A stretch of 64,000 nucleotides of DNA from Deltaproteobacteria bacterium. GTDB taxonomy: Bacteria; Myxococcota; Kuafuiibacteriia; Kuafuiibacteriales; Kuafuiibacteriaceae. Location: the NCBI GenBank assembly GCA_040218735.1, contig JAVJQW010000061.1, forward strand, positions 292,768 to 356,767. Direction: 5' to 3'. A model generated the notes under the pieces. The model was not told the DNA's origin. It made no database searches and saw only the letters and a program-made list of their open reading frames with translations. Position numbers and translations under genes: made by a program. Positions 39,810 to 51,287 of the stretch are shown here, piece after piece (the stretch's first letter is position 1; each line of letters opens with the position of its first letter).

Positions 39810-41126
39810 CTAGGCACGCCGCCCGCGGATCTTGCCGCCGCCACCCGTGAAGCCTTCGTAGCTCCGCGTGATGAGGTGCGACTCGATCTGCTGAACGGTG
39901 TCCAACGCCACACCGACCACGATCAGCAGCCCCGTCCCACCGAAGTAGAACGGCAGGCTCGGGAACACGGTGATGAGCGCGTTCGGCAGCACACACACCG
40001 CAGCCAGGTAGATGGCCGCGCCGGTCGTCAGGCGCGTCAGCACCGTCTCGATGTACTCCGCCGTCCGCTTACCCGGACGGATGCCCGGGATGTAGCCACC
40101 GAACTTCTTCAGGTTGTCCGCTACGTCGACCGGATTGAAGATCACGGACGTGTAGAAGAACGTGAAGAAGACGATCATCCCCGCGTAGACGACGTTGTAG
40201 CCCCACTCCGTGGGCGCCAGCATCGCCTGCATCTGCTGCATGATGTCCGAGTCCGGGAAGAACTGGACGAGCGTCGCCGGGAACAGCAGCAACGAGGACG
40301 CGAAGATCGGCGGAATCACGTTCGCCGTGTTCACCTTCAAGGGAAGGTGCGTCGACTGACCGCCGTACATCTTCCGGCCCACGACGCGCTTACTGTACTG
40401 GACCGGGATGCGACGCTGCGCGCGCTCCACCCAGACCACGAACGCAATCGCGAACACCACCAGCGCGCCGATGACCAACAGCGAGATGGGCTGAATCGTC
40501 TCCGCGCCCACCATCTGGGTCAGGGTGACGAAGCCACCCGGCAGCCCCGCGATGATGCCCGCGAAGATGATCAGCGACATGCCGTTGCCGATGCCACGCT
40601 CGGTGATCTGCTCGCCGAGCCACATGATGAACGCCGTTCCCGCCGTCAGCGAGAGGATCGTCATCAGCTTGAAGGCCATGCCCGGCTCGGACACGACCGC
40701 CTGCCCCTGGAAGTCCAAGCCCTCCAGGTTCGTCGCGATGATCGAGCCCTGAACGATCGACAGACCGATCGTGCCGTAGCGCGTGTACTGCGTGATCTTC
40801 TTGCGGCCCTGGTCACCCTCCTTGGAGAGGCGCTCCAGGGTCGGCACGACCACCGTCAGCAGCTGCAGGATGATGCTCGACGAGATGTACGGCATGATCC
40901 CCAGCGAGAAGACCGATGCCTGCTCGAGGGCGCCGCCCACGAACAGGTTGAACATCCCGAACAGCGTACCGGACTGCGACTCGATGACCTGCTGCATCAG
41001 GCCACGGTCCACACCCGGGACCGTGACGAAGATGCCGAGCCGGTACACGGCCAGCAGCGCCAGCGTGAAGAGGATCCGTTGCCGAAGCTCCGGGACCTTG
41101 CCGATGTTGGCGAACGAAGCGGTCAT
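39810..41126 (-). CDS. secY: Preprotein translocase SecY
   Basis: [13 protein letters not shown]; GIGNG.SLIIF; IPGIRPG; [11 protein letters not shown]. Confidence 0.98.
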   Translation of the reverse strand: MTASFANIGKVPELRQRILFTLALLAVYRLGIFVTVPGVDRGLMQQVIESQSGTLFGMFNLFVGGALEQASVFSLGIMPYISSSIILQLLTVVVPTLERLSKEGDQGRKKITQYTRYGTIGLSIVQGSIIATNLEGLDFQGQAVVSEPGMAFKLMTILSLTAGTAFIMWLGEQITERGIGNGMSLIIFAGIIAGLPGGFVTLTQMVGAETIQPISLLVIGALVVFAIAFVVWVERAQRRIPVQYSKRVVGRKMYGGQSTHLPLKVNTANVIPPIFASSLLLFPATLVQFFPDSDIMQQMQAMLAPTEWGYNVVYAGMIVFFTFFYTSVIFNPVDVADNLKKFGGYIPGIRPGKRTAEYIETVLTRLTTGAAIYLAAVCVLPNALITVFPSLPFYFGGTGLLIVVGVALDTVQQIESHLITRSYEGFTGGGGKIRGRRA

Positions 41127-41635
41127 GCCTGCTTCTTTTCAGCCCGCAGCGCCTTCCGCGAGTTCGTGCGAACCCACTTCTCGCGGTCGGGGATGAGCTC
41201 CACCTTTCCGCCCGCGCCTTCGATGATCGCCCGCGCACCCGCGCTGATGCGGTTCACCTTGACGCTGACCTTCGCCGTGAGCTCGCCGTTGCCGATGATC
41301 TTCACACCGTCGACGCGGCCCTTCGCGAGGCCGGCCTCACGGAGCTTGGTGATGTCCACCGTGTCGCCATCGTCGAAGCGGTTCAGGTGCGCGATGCGCA
41401 CCTCCGCGAACGTCTTCTTGAAGTGGTTCTTGAAGCCGCGCTTCGGCAGGCGCCGGTGCAGCGGCATCGAGCCACCCTCGAAGCCCGGACGCGTGCCGCC
41501 GGACTTACGGGCCTTCTGACCCTTCTGTCCCCGACCGGCCGTCTTGCCGTTGCCGGATCCGAGGCCACGCCCCTTGTGCTTCGGGCGCCGGTTCGCGCCC
41601 GGGGTGGGCTTCAGTCTGCTCAGCTCGCCACTCAT
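41123..41635 (-). CDS. rplO: 50S ribosomal protein L15
   Basis: [19 protein letters not shown]; [15 protein letters not shown]. Confidence 0.96.
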   Translation of the reverse strand: MSGELSRLKPTPGANRRPKHKGRGLGSGNGKTAGRGQKGQKARKSGGTRPGFEGGSMPLHRRLPKRGFKNHFKKTFAEVRIAHLNRFDDGDTVDITKLREAGLAKGRVDGVKIIGNGELTAKVSVKVNRISAGARAIIEGAGGKVELIPDREKWVRTNSRKALRAEKKQA

Positions 41636-41678
41636 CTTCGTTCTCCTCGTCGACCCGTCGTTCCGTCGATCGCGTCGC

Positions 41679-41924
41679 TCAGGCGTTGGCTTCGGCGCGC
41701 GCCTTGCGGAGGCGGGCGCTGTCGCGATCGCTGTCGTCACCGTCGTAGCGCTCGACCTCGAGCATGTGCTGAAGCTTCATCACCATGCCGCGGATCGGTG
41801 CCGTGTCCTTCAGGACCTTCTCCTGCCCGCGCCGGAACAGGCCGAGCCCGTTCGCCGTACCGATCTGCTTGTCGGTGCACTTGCTCAGGCTGCGAATCAG
41901 CTTCACTTTGATCAGGCTCGCCAT
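41679..41924 (-). CDS. rpmD: 50S ribosomal protein L30
   Basis: IKVKLIRS...LGL...DTAPIRGM; position between rpsE and rplO. Confidence 0.92.
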   Translation of the reverse strand: MASLIKVKLIRSLSKCTDKQIGTANGLGLFRRGQEKVLKDTAPIRGMVMKLQHMLEVERYDGDDSDRDSARLRKARAEANA

Positions 41925-41935
41925 GATGGTTCTCC

Positions 41936-42487
41936 TCAGGTGGTGCTCATGCCCGTGGGCACCTGGAACTTGAGCTGGACCGCCTGAAGGTTGTCCGCCT
42001 CGATGTTTCGGCGCTCGGCCTGCCGCTTCACCGTGTGCAGGTGCTTCAGCCCCGACACCGCCGCGTTCACGACGTTGTGTTTGTTGGAGGTCCCGAACGA
42101 CTTCGTCAAGACATCACGGATGCCCGCGCTCTCGAGCACCGCGCGCACCGGACCACCGGCGATCACGCCCGTACCCGGACGAGCCGGACGCATGACCACC
42201 TTGCCGGCGCCGAAGCGCCCGATGATCTCGTGCGGGATGGTGCGGTCCACGAGCGGCACCTTGAACAGGCTCTTCTCCGCCTGGTCGCGGCCCTTGCGGA
42301 TCGCCTCCGGAACCTCGTTCGCCTTGCCGAGCCCCACGCCCACGTGACCTTCGCCATCGCCCACGACGACGAGCGCCGAGAACGAGAAGCGACGGCCGCC
42401 CTTTACGACCTTCGCCACGCGGTTGATGTGAATGACCCGGTCGACGAGCTCGAGCTCCTTCGGGTTGATGATCTCTCTTCGCGCCAT
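41936..42487 (-). CDS. rpsE: 30S ribosomal protein S5
   Basis: [24 protein letters not shown]. Confidence 0.98.
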   Translation of the reverse strand: MARREIINPKELELVDRVIHINRVAKVVKGGRRFSFSALVVVGDGEGHVGVGLGKANEVPEAIRKGRDQAEKSLFKVPLVDRTIPHEIIGRFGAGKVVMRPARPGTGVIAGGPVRAVLESAGIRDVLTKSFGTSNKHNVVNAAVSGLKHLHTVKRQAERRNIEADNLQAVQLKFQVPTGMSTT

Positions 42488-42524
42488 GATTCGTATTTCC
42501 CTGCTCTTTCGAGGCCGGCCTTGG

Positions 42525-42899
42525 CTAGAACTTCAGCCCACCATCGCGGGCGCCCTTCGCGAGCGCGGCGATGCGGCCATGGAACGGCCAGCCGTTGCGA
42601 TCGAACACGACCGCCTCGACGCCCTTGGCCTTCGCGGCCTCCGCCAGCGCAGCCCCGACCTTCTCGGCCGCCTCGGACTTCTTGAGGTCCTTGACGCCCT
42701 CGCGCGAAGTCTTGTCGCGCGTGGAGGCCGACGCGATCGTCGTCCCGCTGCGGTCGTCGATGAGCTGAGCGTAGATGTGCTTGGCGCTCCGATACACGGA
42801 GAGGCGCGGACGTTCCGCCGAACCCTCGACCTTGTTCCGGATCGACATCGCGCGCCGCAGGCGCCGACGTCGGTTGTCGTCTCGTACTTTGCGTCGCAT
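42525..42899 (-). CDS. rplR: 50S ribosomal protein L18
   Basis: [19 protein letters not shown]; VFDR. Confidence 0.97.
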   Translation of the reverse strand: MRRKVRDDNRRRRLRRAMSIRNKVEGSAERPRLSVYRSAKHIYAQLIDDRSGTTIASASTRDKTSREGVKDLKKSEAAEKVGAALAEAAKAKGVEAVVFDRNGWPFHGRIAALAKGARDGGLKF

Positions 42900-42902
42900 G
42901 AC

Positions 42903-43439
42903 TTACGCCCCCGTCTTGCCTTCCTTACGACGCACGCGCTCGTCGTCGTACTTGATGCCCTTGCCGTTGTACGGCTCGCAGGGGCGATACGCGCGAATCT
43001 CCGCGGCGACGCGCCCGACGAGCTCCTTGTCGATCGACTCGAGGCGCACCGTGGTGAGCTTCTCGACCTGACAATCCACGAGCTTCGGGATCGGGTGGTT
43101 CACTTCGTGCGACAGCCCGACCTGGAGGTTCAGGTTGTCGCCCTTCAGCTCCGCACGATAGCCGACGCCCGAAATCTCGAGCGCCTTCTTGTACGGCGTG
43201 ACCACGCCTTGGACCATGTTGCCGATCAGCGTGCGGGCGAGCCCGTGCATGCTGCGCGCGACGCGGTCGTCCCCGCCGCGATCGACGATGACCACGTTGC
43301 CCTCGACCTTCACCGAGACGGCGTCGGGCAGCGTACGCTCCAGCTGCCCCTTGGGCCCCTTCACGGTCACGTGCAGACCGTCGACGGTGACAGTCACGCC
43401 GCTGGGGATCGTGATGGGCTTCTTACCGATGCGAGACAT
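42903..43439 (-). CDS. rplF: 50S ribosomal protein L6
   Basis: MSRIGKKPI; EPY.GKGI. Confidence 0.98.
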   Translation of the reverse strand: MSRIGKKPITIPSGVTVTVDGLHVTVKGPKGQLERTLPDAVSVKVEGNVVIVDRGGDDRVARSMHGLARTLIGNMVQGVVTPYKKALEISGVGYRAELKGDNLNLQVGLSHEVNHPIPKLVDCQVEKLTTVRLESIDKELVGRVAAEIRAYRPCEPYNGKGIKYDDERVRRKEGKTGA

Positions 43440-43450
43440 CTTCTAGCTCC

Positions 43451-43855
43451 TCACCAGACCGTGCACATCAGCTCGCCGCCGACCCGCTGGCGTCGCGCTT
43501 CGCGATCCGTCATCACGCCCTTCGACGTGCTGACGACCGCGATGCCGAGACCGTTACGGATCGTCGGGATGTGGTCTGCGTTGACGTACTGCCGAAGCCC
43601 CGGGCGACTGATGCGCTTGAGCCCCGTGATCACCGGATCGCGGTTGCGGTCGTACCGCAGCTGCACGGTGAGGGTCGGGCGCTCGCCCGCGTTCTGCACC
43701 TCGTAGTCCTCGATGAACCCTTCGGTCTTGAGAACCTCGGCGATGCGAACCTTCAGCTTCGACAGCGGCATCGGCACCTTCATGTGGCGCGCGTTGATGC
43801 CGTTCCGAATTCGCGTGAGCATGTCCGCGACAGGATCGTTGATGACACCTGACAT
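43451..43855 (-). CDS. rpsH: 30S ribosomal protein S8
   Basis: DPVADMLTRIRN; STSKGVMTD. Confidence 0.98.
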   Translation of the reverse strand: MSGVINDPVADMLTRIRNGINARHMKVPMPLSKLKVRIAEVLKTEGFIEDYEVQNAGERPTLTVQLRYDRNRDPVITGLKRISRPGLRQYVNADHIPTIRNGLGIAVVSTSKGVMTDREARRQRVGGELMCTVW

Positions 43856-43873
43856 GGTGATCTCCTCCGCCCC

Positions 43874-44059
43874 TTACCAGCTCGCCTTGACGACGCCCGC
43901 CAGCTGCCCCTGAAGGGCGAGCTCGCGGAAGCACACGCGGCAAAGTTGGAACTTCCTCAGGTACGCGCGCGGGCGCCCGCACCGACGGCACCGGTTGTGG
44001 TGCCGCACCTTGAACTTCGGCTTCCGCCTGGAAGCAACGATCTTCGACGTCTTAGCCAT
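43874..44059 (-). CDS. rpsN: 30S ribosomal protein S14 (type Z, Zn-binding)
   Basis: RCRRCGR...LCRVCFRE...KASW. Confidence 0.97.
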   Translation of the reverse strand: MAKTSKIVASRRKPKFKVRHHNRCRRCGRPRAYLRKFQLCRVCFRELALQGQLAGVVKASW

Positions 44060-44714
44060 GAGCCTCTGCTCCTCGCCGACGGAAGGGCACACCGAGCGCC
44101 TTCAACAGCGCCATACCCTGCTCGTCGTTCTCCGCCGAAGTGACGAAGCAAATGTTCATCCCGCGGACCTTGTCGACCTTGTCGTACTCGATCTCCGGGA
44201 AGATGATCTGTTCCTTGACCCCGAGCGTGTAGTTCCCGCGGCCGTCGAAGGCCTTGTCCGAGACACCCTTGAAGTCACGTACGCGCGGGAGCGCGAGCGC
44301 CACCAGGCGGTCGAGGAACTCCCACATGTGCTTGCGGCGCAGCGTGACCATCGCGCCGATCGGCATCCCCTCACGCAGCTTGAAGTTCGAGATCGACTTC
44401 TTCGCCTTCGTGACGACCGCCTTTTGGCCCGTGATGGTCTGCAGCTCATCGACCGCAGCATCCAGGATCTTGTTGTTCGAGATTGCCTCGCCGAGACCCA
44501 TGTTCACGACGATCTTCTCGAGCTTCGGGACCTGGCTCACCGACTTGAGGTTCAGCTCCTTCTTGAGCTGAGGGATCACCTCTTCACGGTACTTCGCCGC
44601 CAGGCGTGCCGGGGGACGCGGCTTGTCGGGCAGTACGGGCTTCTTTTCCTTCTTGCCCTTCTTGCCGCCGTCGCCGCCCTTCTTGGACTTCTTCGACTTC
44701 TTGTCGTCCGCCAT
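44052..44714 (-). CDS. rplE: 50S ribosomal protein L5 with Lys-rich N-terminal extension
   Basis: [12 protein letters not shown]; [10 protein letters not shown]. Confidence 0.97.
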   Translation of the reverse strand: MADDKKSKKSKKGGDGGKKGKKEKKPVLPDKPRPPARLAAKYREEVIPQLKKELNLKSVSQVPKLEKIVVNMGLGEAISNNKILDAAVDELQTITGQKAVVTKAKKSISNFKLREGMPIGAMVTLRRKHMWEFLDRLVALALPRVRDFKGVSDKAFDGRGNYTLGVKEQIIFPEIEYDKVDKVRGMNICFVTSAENDEQGMALLKALGVPFRRRGAEAHG

Positions 44715-44738
44715 CTCAATCGCTCCTATAGGCGCTCG

Positions 44739-45062
44739 TTAGTCGAGCGCCGTCCCGGACACGCCTTGTCCACGCGCGACGCGAACCTTCGACTCACCTT
44801 CGAGCTCGAAGCCGACGCGCACGCTCTTGTCCAACTTCTCGGAGAAGTACCGAACGTTGGAGATGTGAATGGGCCCCGGACGATCCAGGATCCCGCCCTG
44901 CGGCAGGCTCTGCCGAGCCCCCGCCTTGACGTGACGCTTCTGAATGTTCACGCCCTCGACCACCACGCGGTCATCCGCGCGGACCTCGAGGACCTTCCCC
45001 TTCGCGCCCTTGTCCTTGCCGGCGATCACCTCGACGGTGTCGCCCTTCTTGATCTTCGCCAT
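44739..45062 (-). CDS. rplX: 50S ribosomal protein L24
   Basis: IKKGDTVEVIAGKDKG; IHISNV. Confidence 0.97.
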   Translation of the reverse strand: MAKIKKGDTVEVIAGKDKGAKGKVLEVRADDRVVVEGVNIQKRHVKAGARQSLPQGGILDRPGPIHISNVRYFSEKLDKSVRVGFELEGESKVRVARGQGVSGTALD

Positions 45063-45430
45063 CAGAGCACCTCCGGCGCGAGCGACACGATCTTCATGAA
45101 GAGCTTGCCGCGCAGCTCGCGCGCGACCGGCCCGAAGATACGCGTGCCGACCGGGTCCTGGTCCTTGTTGACCAGCACGCCCGCGTTCTCGTCGAACTTG
45201 ATGTAGGTGCCGTCGTCGCGGCTGCTCGGGTAACGCGAGCGCACCACGACCGCCTTCACGACGTCACCCTTCTTGACCTTGCTGTTCGGCGCCGCCTCGC
45301 GGACCGAGCAGACCACGATGTCACCGATCCGCGCGTACCGACGCCGCGACCCGCCGAGCACCTTGATGGTGAACAGCTTACGGGCGCCGCTGTTGTCGGC
45401 CACGTGGAGGATGGAAGTCATCTGAATCAT
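45062..45430 (-). CDS. rplN: 50S ribosomal protein L14
   Basis: VADNSGA; [12 protein letters not shown]; SLAPEVL. Confidence 0.98.
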   Translation of the reverse strand: MIQMTSILHVADNSGARKLFTIKVLGGSRRRYARIGDIVVCSVREAAPNSKVKKGDVVKAVVVRSRYPSSRDDGTYIKFDENAGVLVNKDQDPVGTRIFGPVARELRGKLFMKIVSLAPEVL

Positions 45431-45436
45431 GACTGC

Positions 45437-45766
45437 TCACGCGTCCTTTCCCAGCTTCTTGGCGACACGCCAGTGCTTGGTCTTCGAGATCGGCGCGGTC
45501 TCGCGGATGACGACGATGTCGCCCTCCTCGCAGCCGATCGTGTCGTGTACGGCGTAGCGCTTCTTCAGCGTTACGTACTTCTTGTAGCGGGGGTGCTTCA
45601 CGCGACGCTCGACGCTGACGATCACCGTCTTCGCCGACTTCGCCGAAACCACCACGCCGCGGCGCTGCTTCGTGCGACCGCGGTCGCCGTCGCTGGTGAG
45701 CGCCTTGGTGTCCGCCTTCGTGGCCGCCTCGGGCGCGCCCTCTGCGTTGTTCTCGGCTTCGCTCAT
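45437..45766 (-). CDS. rpsQ: 30S ribosomal protein S17
   Basis: GVVVS...HPRYKK...PISKTK.W. Confidence 0.96.
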   Translation of the reverse strand: MSEAENNAEGAPEAATKADTKALTSDGDRGRTKQRRGVVVSAKSAKTVIVSVERRVKHPRYKKYVTLKKRYAVHDTIGCEEGDIVVIRETAPISKTKHWRVAKKLGKDA

Positions 45767-45984
45767 GCCTCAGCTCCCTGGTCCTTCCGCTTCTCGCTCA
45801 GGATCGTCTTCGCCCGGGCGATCTCGCGGCGCGTGTGCCGCATCTTCGTCACGTTCTCGAGCTGCCCGGTGAAGTGCTGGAACTTGAGCTTGAACAGCTC
45901 CTCCGACTTCTCCCGGATGAACCCGTCGATCTCCTCCTCCGTACGCGTACGGAGGTCCGTCGACTTCACGATCTCGCTAGCCAT
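45763..45984 (-). CDS. rpmC: 50S ribosomal protein L29
   Basis: [14 protein letters not shown]...RREIAR. Confidence 0.95.
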   Translation of the reverse strand: MASEIVKSTDLRTRTEEEIDGFIREKSEELFKLKFQHFTGQLENVTKMRHTRREIARAKTILSEKRKDQGAEA

Positions 45985-46399
45985 AGATCTCTTCCTCCCG
46001 GCTCAGCACGCGCGTCTTGAGCGGCAACTTGTGCCCGGCGAGGCGGAACGCCTCCTTCGCGGTCTCGAGCGGAACGCCGTCGATTTCGTACAGGATTCGG
46101 CCCGGCTTCACGACGGCCACGAAGTGGTCCGGCGAGCCCTTACCTTTACCCATTCGAGTCTCGAGCGGCTTCTTCGAAACCGGCTTGTCCGGGAAGATGC
46201 GGATCCACACGCGACCACCACGCTTGATGTAGCGGGTCATTGCGATACGAGCGGCCTCGATCTGACGCGAGGTAATCCACCCGGACTCCAACACCTGGAG
46301 CGCCACCGATCCGAACGCGATCGAGCTACCGCGATAGGCGTACCCGCGCCGGCGGCCCTTCTGCTGCTTCCGGAACTTCTGTCGTGACGGCTGAAGCAT
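45977..46399 (-). CDS. rplP: 50S ribosomal protein L16
   Basis: RQIEAARIA; RMGKGKG. Confidence 0.98.
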   Translation of the reverse strand: MLQPSRQKFRKQQKGRRRGYAYRGSSIAFGSVALQVLESGWITSRQIEAARIAMTRYIKRGGRVWIRIFPDKPVSKKPLETRMGKGKGSPDHFVAVVKPGRILYEIDGVPLETAKEAFRLAGHKLPLKTRVLSREEEIYG

Positions 46400-46434
46400 C
46401 GTCTCGTCTCCTCAATGCGCCCTGGCCCTCAGGC

Positions 46435-47127
46435 TCAGCGCGCTTCCTGGTCCCGACGCGGCGGCCGCGGCACACGACGGTCACGCGCTTCGCGCCCGCC
46501 CTGCTGCAGCACCTCGCCCTTGAAGATCCAGCACTTCACTCCGCTCGTGCCCTGCTTCGTCTTCGCCACCGCGAAGCCGTACTCCACGTCCGCACGCAGC
46601 GTGTGGAGCGGGACGCGACCGTCGCGGTACCACTCGTAACGCGACATGTCGGCGCCACCGAGGCGGCCCGAGCAGGCGACGCGGATGCCCTTCGCACCGA
46701 ACTTCATCGAGATCGTCACGGCCTTCTTCATGGCGCGACGGAACGCGATGCGGCGCTCGAGCTGCGTGGCGATGTTCTCCGCGACCAGCTGCGCGTCGAT
46801 CTCCGCCTTCCGGATCTCCTGGATGTTGATCAGGACCTCGTACTTGGTGAGCTTCTGCAGCTCCTTCTTGAGCTGCTCGATGCCCGCACCCTTCTTGCCG
46901 ATCACGATCCCCGGACGTGCGGTGTAGATGTTCACCTTCACCTTGTCCGCGGCGCGCTCGATCTCCACGCGGGAGATACCGGCCGAGTAGTGCTTCTTCT
47001 TCACGTGACTCCGCAGCGCGAGGTCCTCGTGAAGCCAGTCGGCGTAGTTCTTCTCTTCGAACCACTTGCTGTCCCACGTGCGCGTAATGCCCAGGCGGAA
47101 ACCGATCGGATGTGTCTTCTGGCCCAT
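46435..47127 (-). CDS. rpsC: 30S ribosomal protein S3
   Basis: MGQK.HP.GFRLG; [11 protein letters not shown]. Confidence 0.98.
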   Translation of the reverse strand: MGQKTHPIGFRLGITRTWDSKWFEEKNYADWLHEDLALRSHVKKKHYSAGISRVEIERAADKVKVNIYTARPGIVIGKKGAGIEQLKKELQKLTKYEVLINIQEIRKAEIDAQLVAENIATQLERRIAFRRAMKKAVTISMKFGAKGIRVACSGRLGGADMSRYEWYRDGRVPLHTLRADVEYGFAVAKTKQGTSGVKCWIFKGEVLQQGGREARDRRVPRPPRRDQEAR

Positions 47128-47139
47128 GGAAACTCCCGT

Positions 47140-47484
47140 CTAGTCCTTCTGCTCGAGGCCGACGAACACGTGCGACGTCCGCTTCAGAATCGGCGTCGCG
47201 CGGCCCATGGCGCGCGGGCGGAACCGCTTGATCGTCGGTCCACCGTCCACCGTGATCTTCGAGATGAAGAGCTTGTCGACGTTCACGCCGGGCTTTTCGT
47301 CCGCGTTCGACACCGCGCTCTTCAGCAGCTTCGCGAGCGGCTGCGAGCTCTTCTTCTCGGTGAACTGCAGGATCTCGAGCGCCTCTTCGACGCCCTTCCC
47401 GCGAATCAGATCTGCGACCAACCGCACCTTCCGGGGCGCGATGCGCAGATGACGTAGCTTGGCCGTAGCGAGCATATCCATCAC
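47140..47484 (-). CDS. rplV: 50S ribosomal protein L22
   Basis: [13 protein letters not shown]; [14 protein letters not shown]; exact start uncertain. Confidence 0.97.
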   Translation of the reverse strand: MMDMLATAKLRHLRIAPRKVRLVADLIRGKGVEEALEILQFTEKKSSQPLAKLLKSAVSNADEKPGVNVDKLFISKITVDGGPTIKRFRPRAMGRATPILKRTSHVFVGLEQKD

Positions 47485-47763
47485 CTACTTCTTCTTGCCC
47501 TTGGTCGCGGCGTGCCCGTGGAACGTCCGCGTCGGCGAGAACTCGCCGAGCTTGTGACCGACCATGTGCTCGGTCACGAACACCGGAACGAACTTCTTGC
47601 CGTTGTGCACCGCGAACGTGTGGCCGATGAAGTCCGGGGTGATCATCGAACGCCGAGACCAGGTCTTGATCACCGACTTCTTCACGCCCGGGGCGTTCAT
47701 CTTCTCGACCTTCTTGTCGAGGTGCTCGTCCACGAAGGGACCCTTCTTCAGTGAGCGCGCCAT
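47485..47763 (-). CDS. rpsS: 30S ribosomal protein S19
   Basis: [10 protein letters not shown]; [11 protein letters not shown]. Confidence 0.98.
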   Translation of the reverse strand: MARSLKKGPFVDEHLDKKVEKMNAPGVKKSVIKTWSRRSMITPDFIGHTFAVHNGKKFVPVFVTEHMVGHKLGEFSPTRTFHGHAATKGKKK

Positions 47764-47766
47764 GTC

Positions 47767-48615
47767 TTACTTCCCACCCGACTGCTTGCCGCGACGCCGC
47801 GGCGTCACGATGAACTTCGTCGAAGTCTTGTTCGTGCGCGTACGTAGACCGCGCGCCATCTTGCCCCACGGGGTACGCGGCGGCTTACCGCCCTTGCTGC
47901 GACCCTCGCCACCACCGTTGTTGTGGTCGACCGGGTTCATGCAAGCACCACGGACCGTCGGACGAACGCCGAGCCAGCGCGACCGACCGGCCTTGCCCAG
48001 CACGATGTTCTCGTTCTGCTCGTTGCCGAGCTGACCGACCGACGCCATGCACGTCCCGAGGATGCGCCGCATCTCGGTGGAGGGCAGACGCACGGTGACG
48101 TACTTGCCTTCCTTCGCCATCAGCTGCGCGCTGTTGCCCGCGGACCGCACCATCTGGCCGCCCTTACCGGGCCGCATCTCGATGTTGTGGATCTGCGTAC
48201 CGAGCGGCATCTGCATCAGCGGCATCGCGTTACCCGGCACCGGGTCGATCGACTTCTTCGAAGCCATCACCGTCATGCCCGGCTTCAGAGCGCCCGGCGC
48301 GAGGATGTAGGCCTTTTCGCCGTCCGCGTAGTGCACCAAGGCGATGCGCGCGGAGCGGTTCGGGTCGTACTCGATCGCCGCGACCTTGCCCGGCACGTCG
48401 ATCTTGTTCCGCTTGAAGTCGATGACGCGGTAGCGACGACGGTGACCACCACCCTTGTGTCGGGTCGTGATGTTGCCACGCTCGCCGCGTCCGCCCGTCC
48501 GCTTCATCTTCCGGAGAAGTTTCTTCTCCGGCTTGTCCTTCGTGACTTCCGAGAAGTCCGAGGCCGTCATGTGCCGACGCGAGGGGGTGGTCGGCTTGAA
48601 TGTCTTGACACCCAT
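47767..48615 (-). CDS. rplB: 50S ribosomal protein L2
   Basis: IEYDPNRSA; MNPVDH..GGGEG. Confidence 0.98.
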   Translation of the reverse strand: MGVKTFKPTTPSRRHMTASDFSEVTKDKPEKKLLRKMKRTGGRGERGNITTRHKGGGHRRRYRVIDFKRNKIDVPGKVAAIEYDPNRSARIALVHYADGEKAYILAPGALKPGMTVMASKKSIDPVPGNAMPLMQMPLGTQIHNIEMRPGKGGQMVRSAGNSAQLMAKEGKYVTVRLPSTEMRRILGTCMASVGQLGNEQNENIVLGKAGRSRWLGVRPTVRGACMNPVDHNNGGGEGRSKGGKPPRTPWGKMARGLRTRTNKTSTKFIVTPRRRGKQSGGK

Positions 48616-48630
48616 CTGGTCCTCCTTGCG

Positions 48631-48930
48631 CTAGGCCACGCCGCCGAAGAAATCGATGTCCTGGCCTTCGGCCAGCGTGACGATCGCCTTCTTCCAGTTG
48701 GAGCGCTTGCCGATGTGCCGGCCACGGCGCTTGATCTTGCCGCGCACGATCATCGTGCGGACGTCCTGAACCTCGACCCCGAACACCGACGAAACGGCGT
48801 GCTTGATCTCGGTCTTGTTGGCGTCGACCGGCACCTCGAACATCACGATCGAGGTCGTCTCCGACATCATCGAGCCCTTCTCGGTGATGCGCGGCTTCTT
48901 CAGAATGCTGTGCGGATCACGCGTCGTCAC
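48631..48930 (-). CDS. rplW: 50S ribosomal protein L23
   Basis: P.ITEK...ANKTEIK...WKKAIVTL; GTG start overlapping the rplD stop. Confidence 0.96.
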   Translation of the reverse strand: MTTRDPHSILKKPRITEKGSMMSETTSIVMFEVPVDANKTEIKHAVSSVFGVEVQDVRTMIVRGKIKRRGRHIGKRSNWKKAIVTLAEGQDIDFFGGVA

Positions 48931-49589
48931 GCCGTCGCCTCCTTCAGCGCCTGCTCCTTGCGCGACGGCGCAGTCTGCAGACGCTCCACGATGCCCTCGA
49001 CGACGTCCTTCGCGATGAAGAGGTGGTCGTGCTTGAGGATGTCGTAGACGTTGAGCGCCTCGACGGCCAGGAACTTCGACTTCTCGAGGTTCCGCACCGA
49101 GCGCGCCAAGCCCTCGTTGGCCGAGCTGTCGACCACGAGCGCCTTGTCCGTGTCGAAGCGAGCCAGCACGGCGGCGGCGTCCTTCGTCTTCGGCGTGCCG
49201 GGCTTCCAACCGTCGATGATGTGCAGCGTGCCCTGCTGAGCCCGCAGCGACAGCGCGGAGCGCAGCGCAGCGCGCACCATCTTCTTGGGCAGCTGGTAGC
49301 TGTAGTCGCGCGGACGCGGTCCGTGGACCACGCCACCGCCCTTCATGTTCATCGCCCGCTTCGTGCCGTGACGCGCGCGGCCCGTACCCTTTTGCCGGTA
49401 CGGCTTCGCGCCGGAGCCACGAACCTCGGAGACCGTCTTCGTGCTGTGCGTACCGGCGCGCCGGTTCGCCATCTGCATTTTGACGACCTCCCAGAAGAGG
49501 TGCTCTCGGACGACCGCGCCGAAGACGGAGTCATCGAGCTCGATGTCTCCCGCCTTGCCGGCCTCCGTGTTGACGACGTCGTACTTCAT
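48927..49589 (-). CDS. rplD: 50S ribosomal protein L4
   Basis: KPYRQKGTGRARHG; GGVVHGPRPRDY. Confidence 0.97.
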   Translation of the reverse strand: MKYDVVNTEAGKAGDIELDDSVFGAVVREHLFWEVVKMQMANRRAGTHSTKTVSEVRGSGAKPYRQKGTGRARHGTKRAMNMKGGGVVHGPRPRDYSYQLPKKMVRAALRSALSLRAQQGTLHIIDGWKPGTPKTKDAAAVLARFDTDKALVVDSSANEGLARSVRNLEKSKFLAVEALNVYDILKHDHLFIAKDVVEGIVERLQTAPSRKEQALKEATA

Positions 49590-49599
49590 GGTCGCCCTC

Positions 49600-49911
49600 T
49601 TAGCTCTTGATCTCCACGTCCACGCCCGCGGACAGGTCGAGCTTCATCAGCGCGTCCAGGGTCTGCGGGGTCGGGTCGTGAATGTCGACGAGACGCTTGT
49701 GCGTCCGAATCTCGAATTGCTCGCGGCTCTTCTTGTCCACGTGCGGTCCACGGAGAACCGTGTACCGGTTGATGCGCGTGGGCAGCGGGATGGGTCCAGC
49801 CACCTGGGCGCCGGTCCGACGCGCGGACTCGACGATCTCCGCCACGGCCTGATCGAGGAGCCGGTGATCGTAGGCCTTCAAACGGATGCGGATTTTCTGC
49901 TTCGCTGCCAT
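49600..49911 (-). CDS. rpsJ: 30S ribosomal protein S10
   Basis: [10 protein letters not shown]; GPIPLPT; [11 protein letters not shown]. Confidence 0.98.
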   Translation of the reverse strand: MAAKQKIRIRLKAYDHRLLDQAVAEIVESARRTGAQVAGPIPLPTRINRYTVLRGPHVDKKSREQFEIRTHKRLVDIHDPTPQTLDALMKLDLSAGVDVEIKS

Positions 49912-49975
49912 CCCAATCTCTCTCCAATGAAATCCCGAAGGTCGCTGTTCCCTGAGGCGCAGTGACTCCTGAAGT

Positions 49976-50005
49976 ACGGCACCCCGCGCGGACGCGGAGT
50001 GCCGT
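49976..50005. other. Stem-loop between tuf and rpsJ
   Basis: ACGGCACCCCGCG-CGGA-CGCGGAGTGCCGT. Confidence 0.45.
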
Positions 50006-50028
50006 GTTCGTCAGGACAATCGATCTTC

Positions 50029-51231
<1,203 letters not shown>

Positions 51232-51287
51232 CTTGTTCCCACTCCATCACTGCCGCGGCGAGACGCGGCTTGGGTTGGCTCGAAGCG

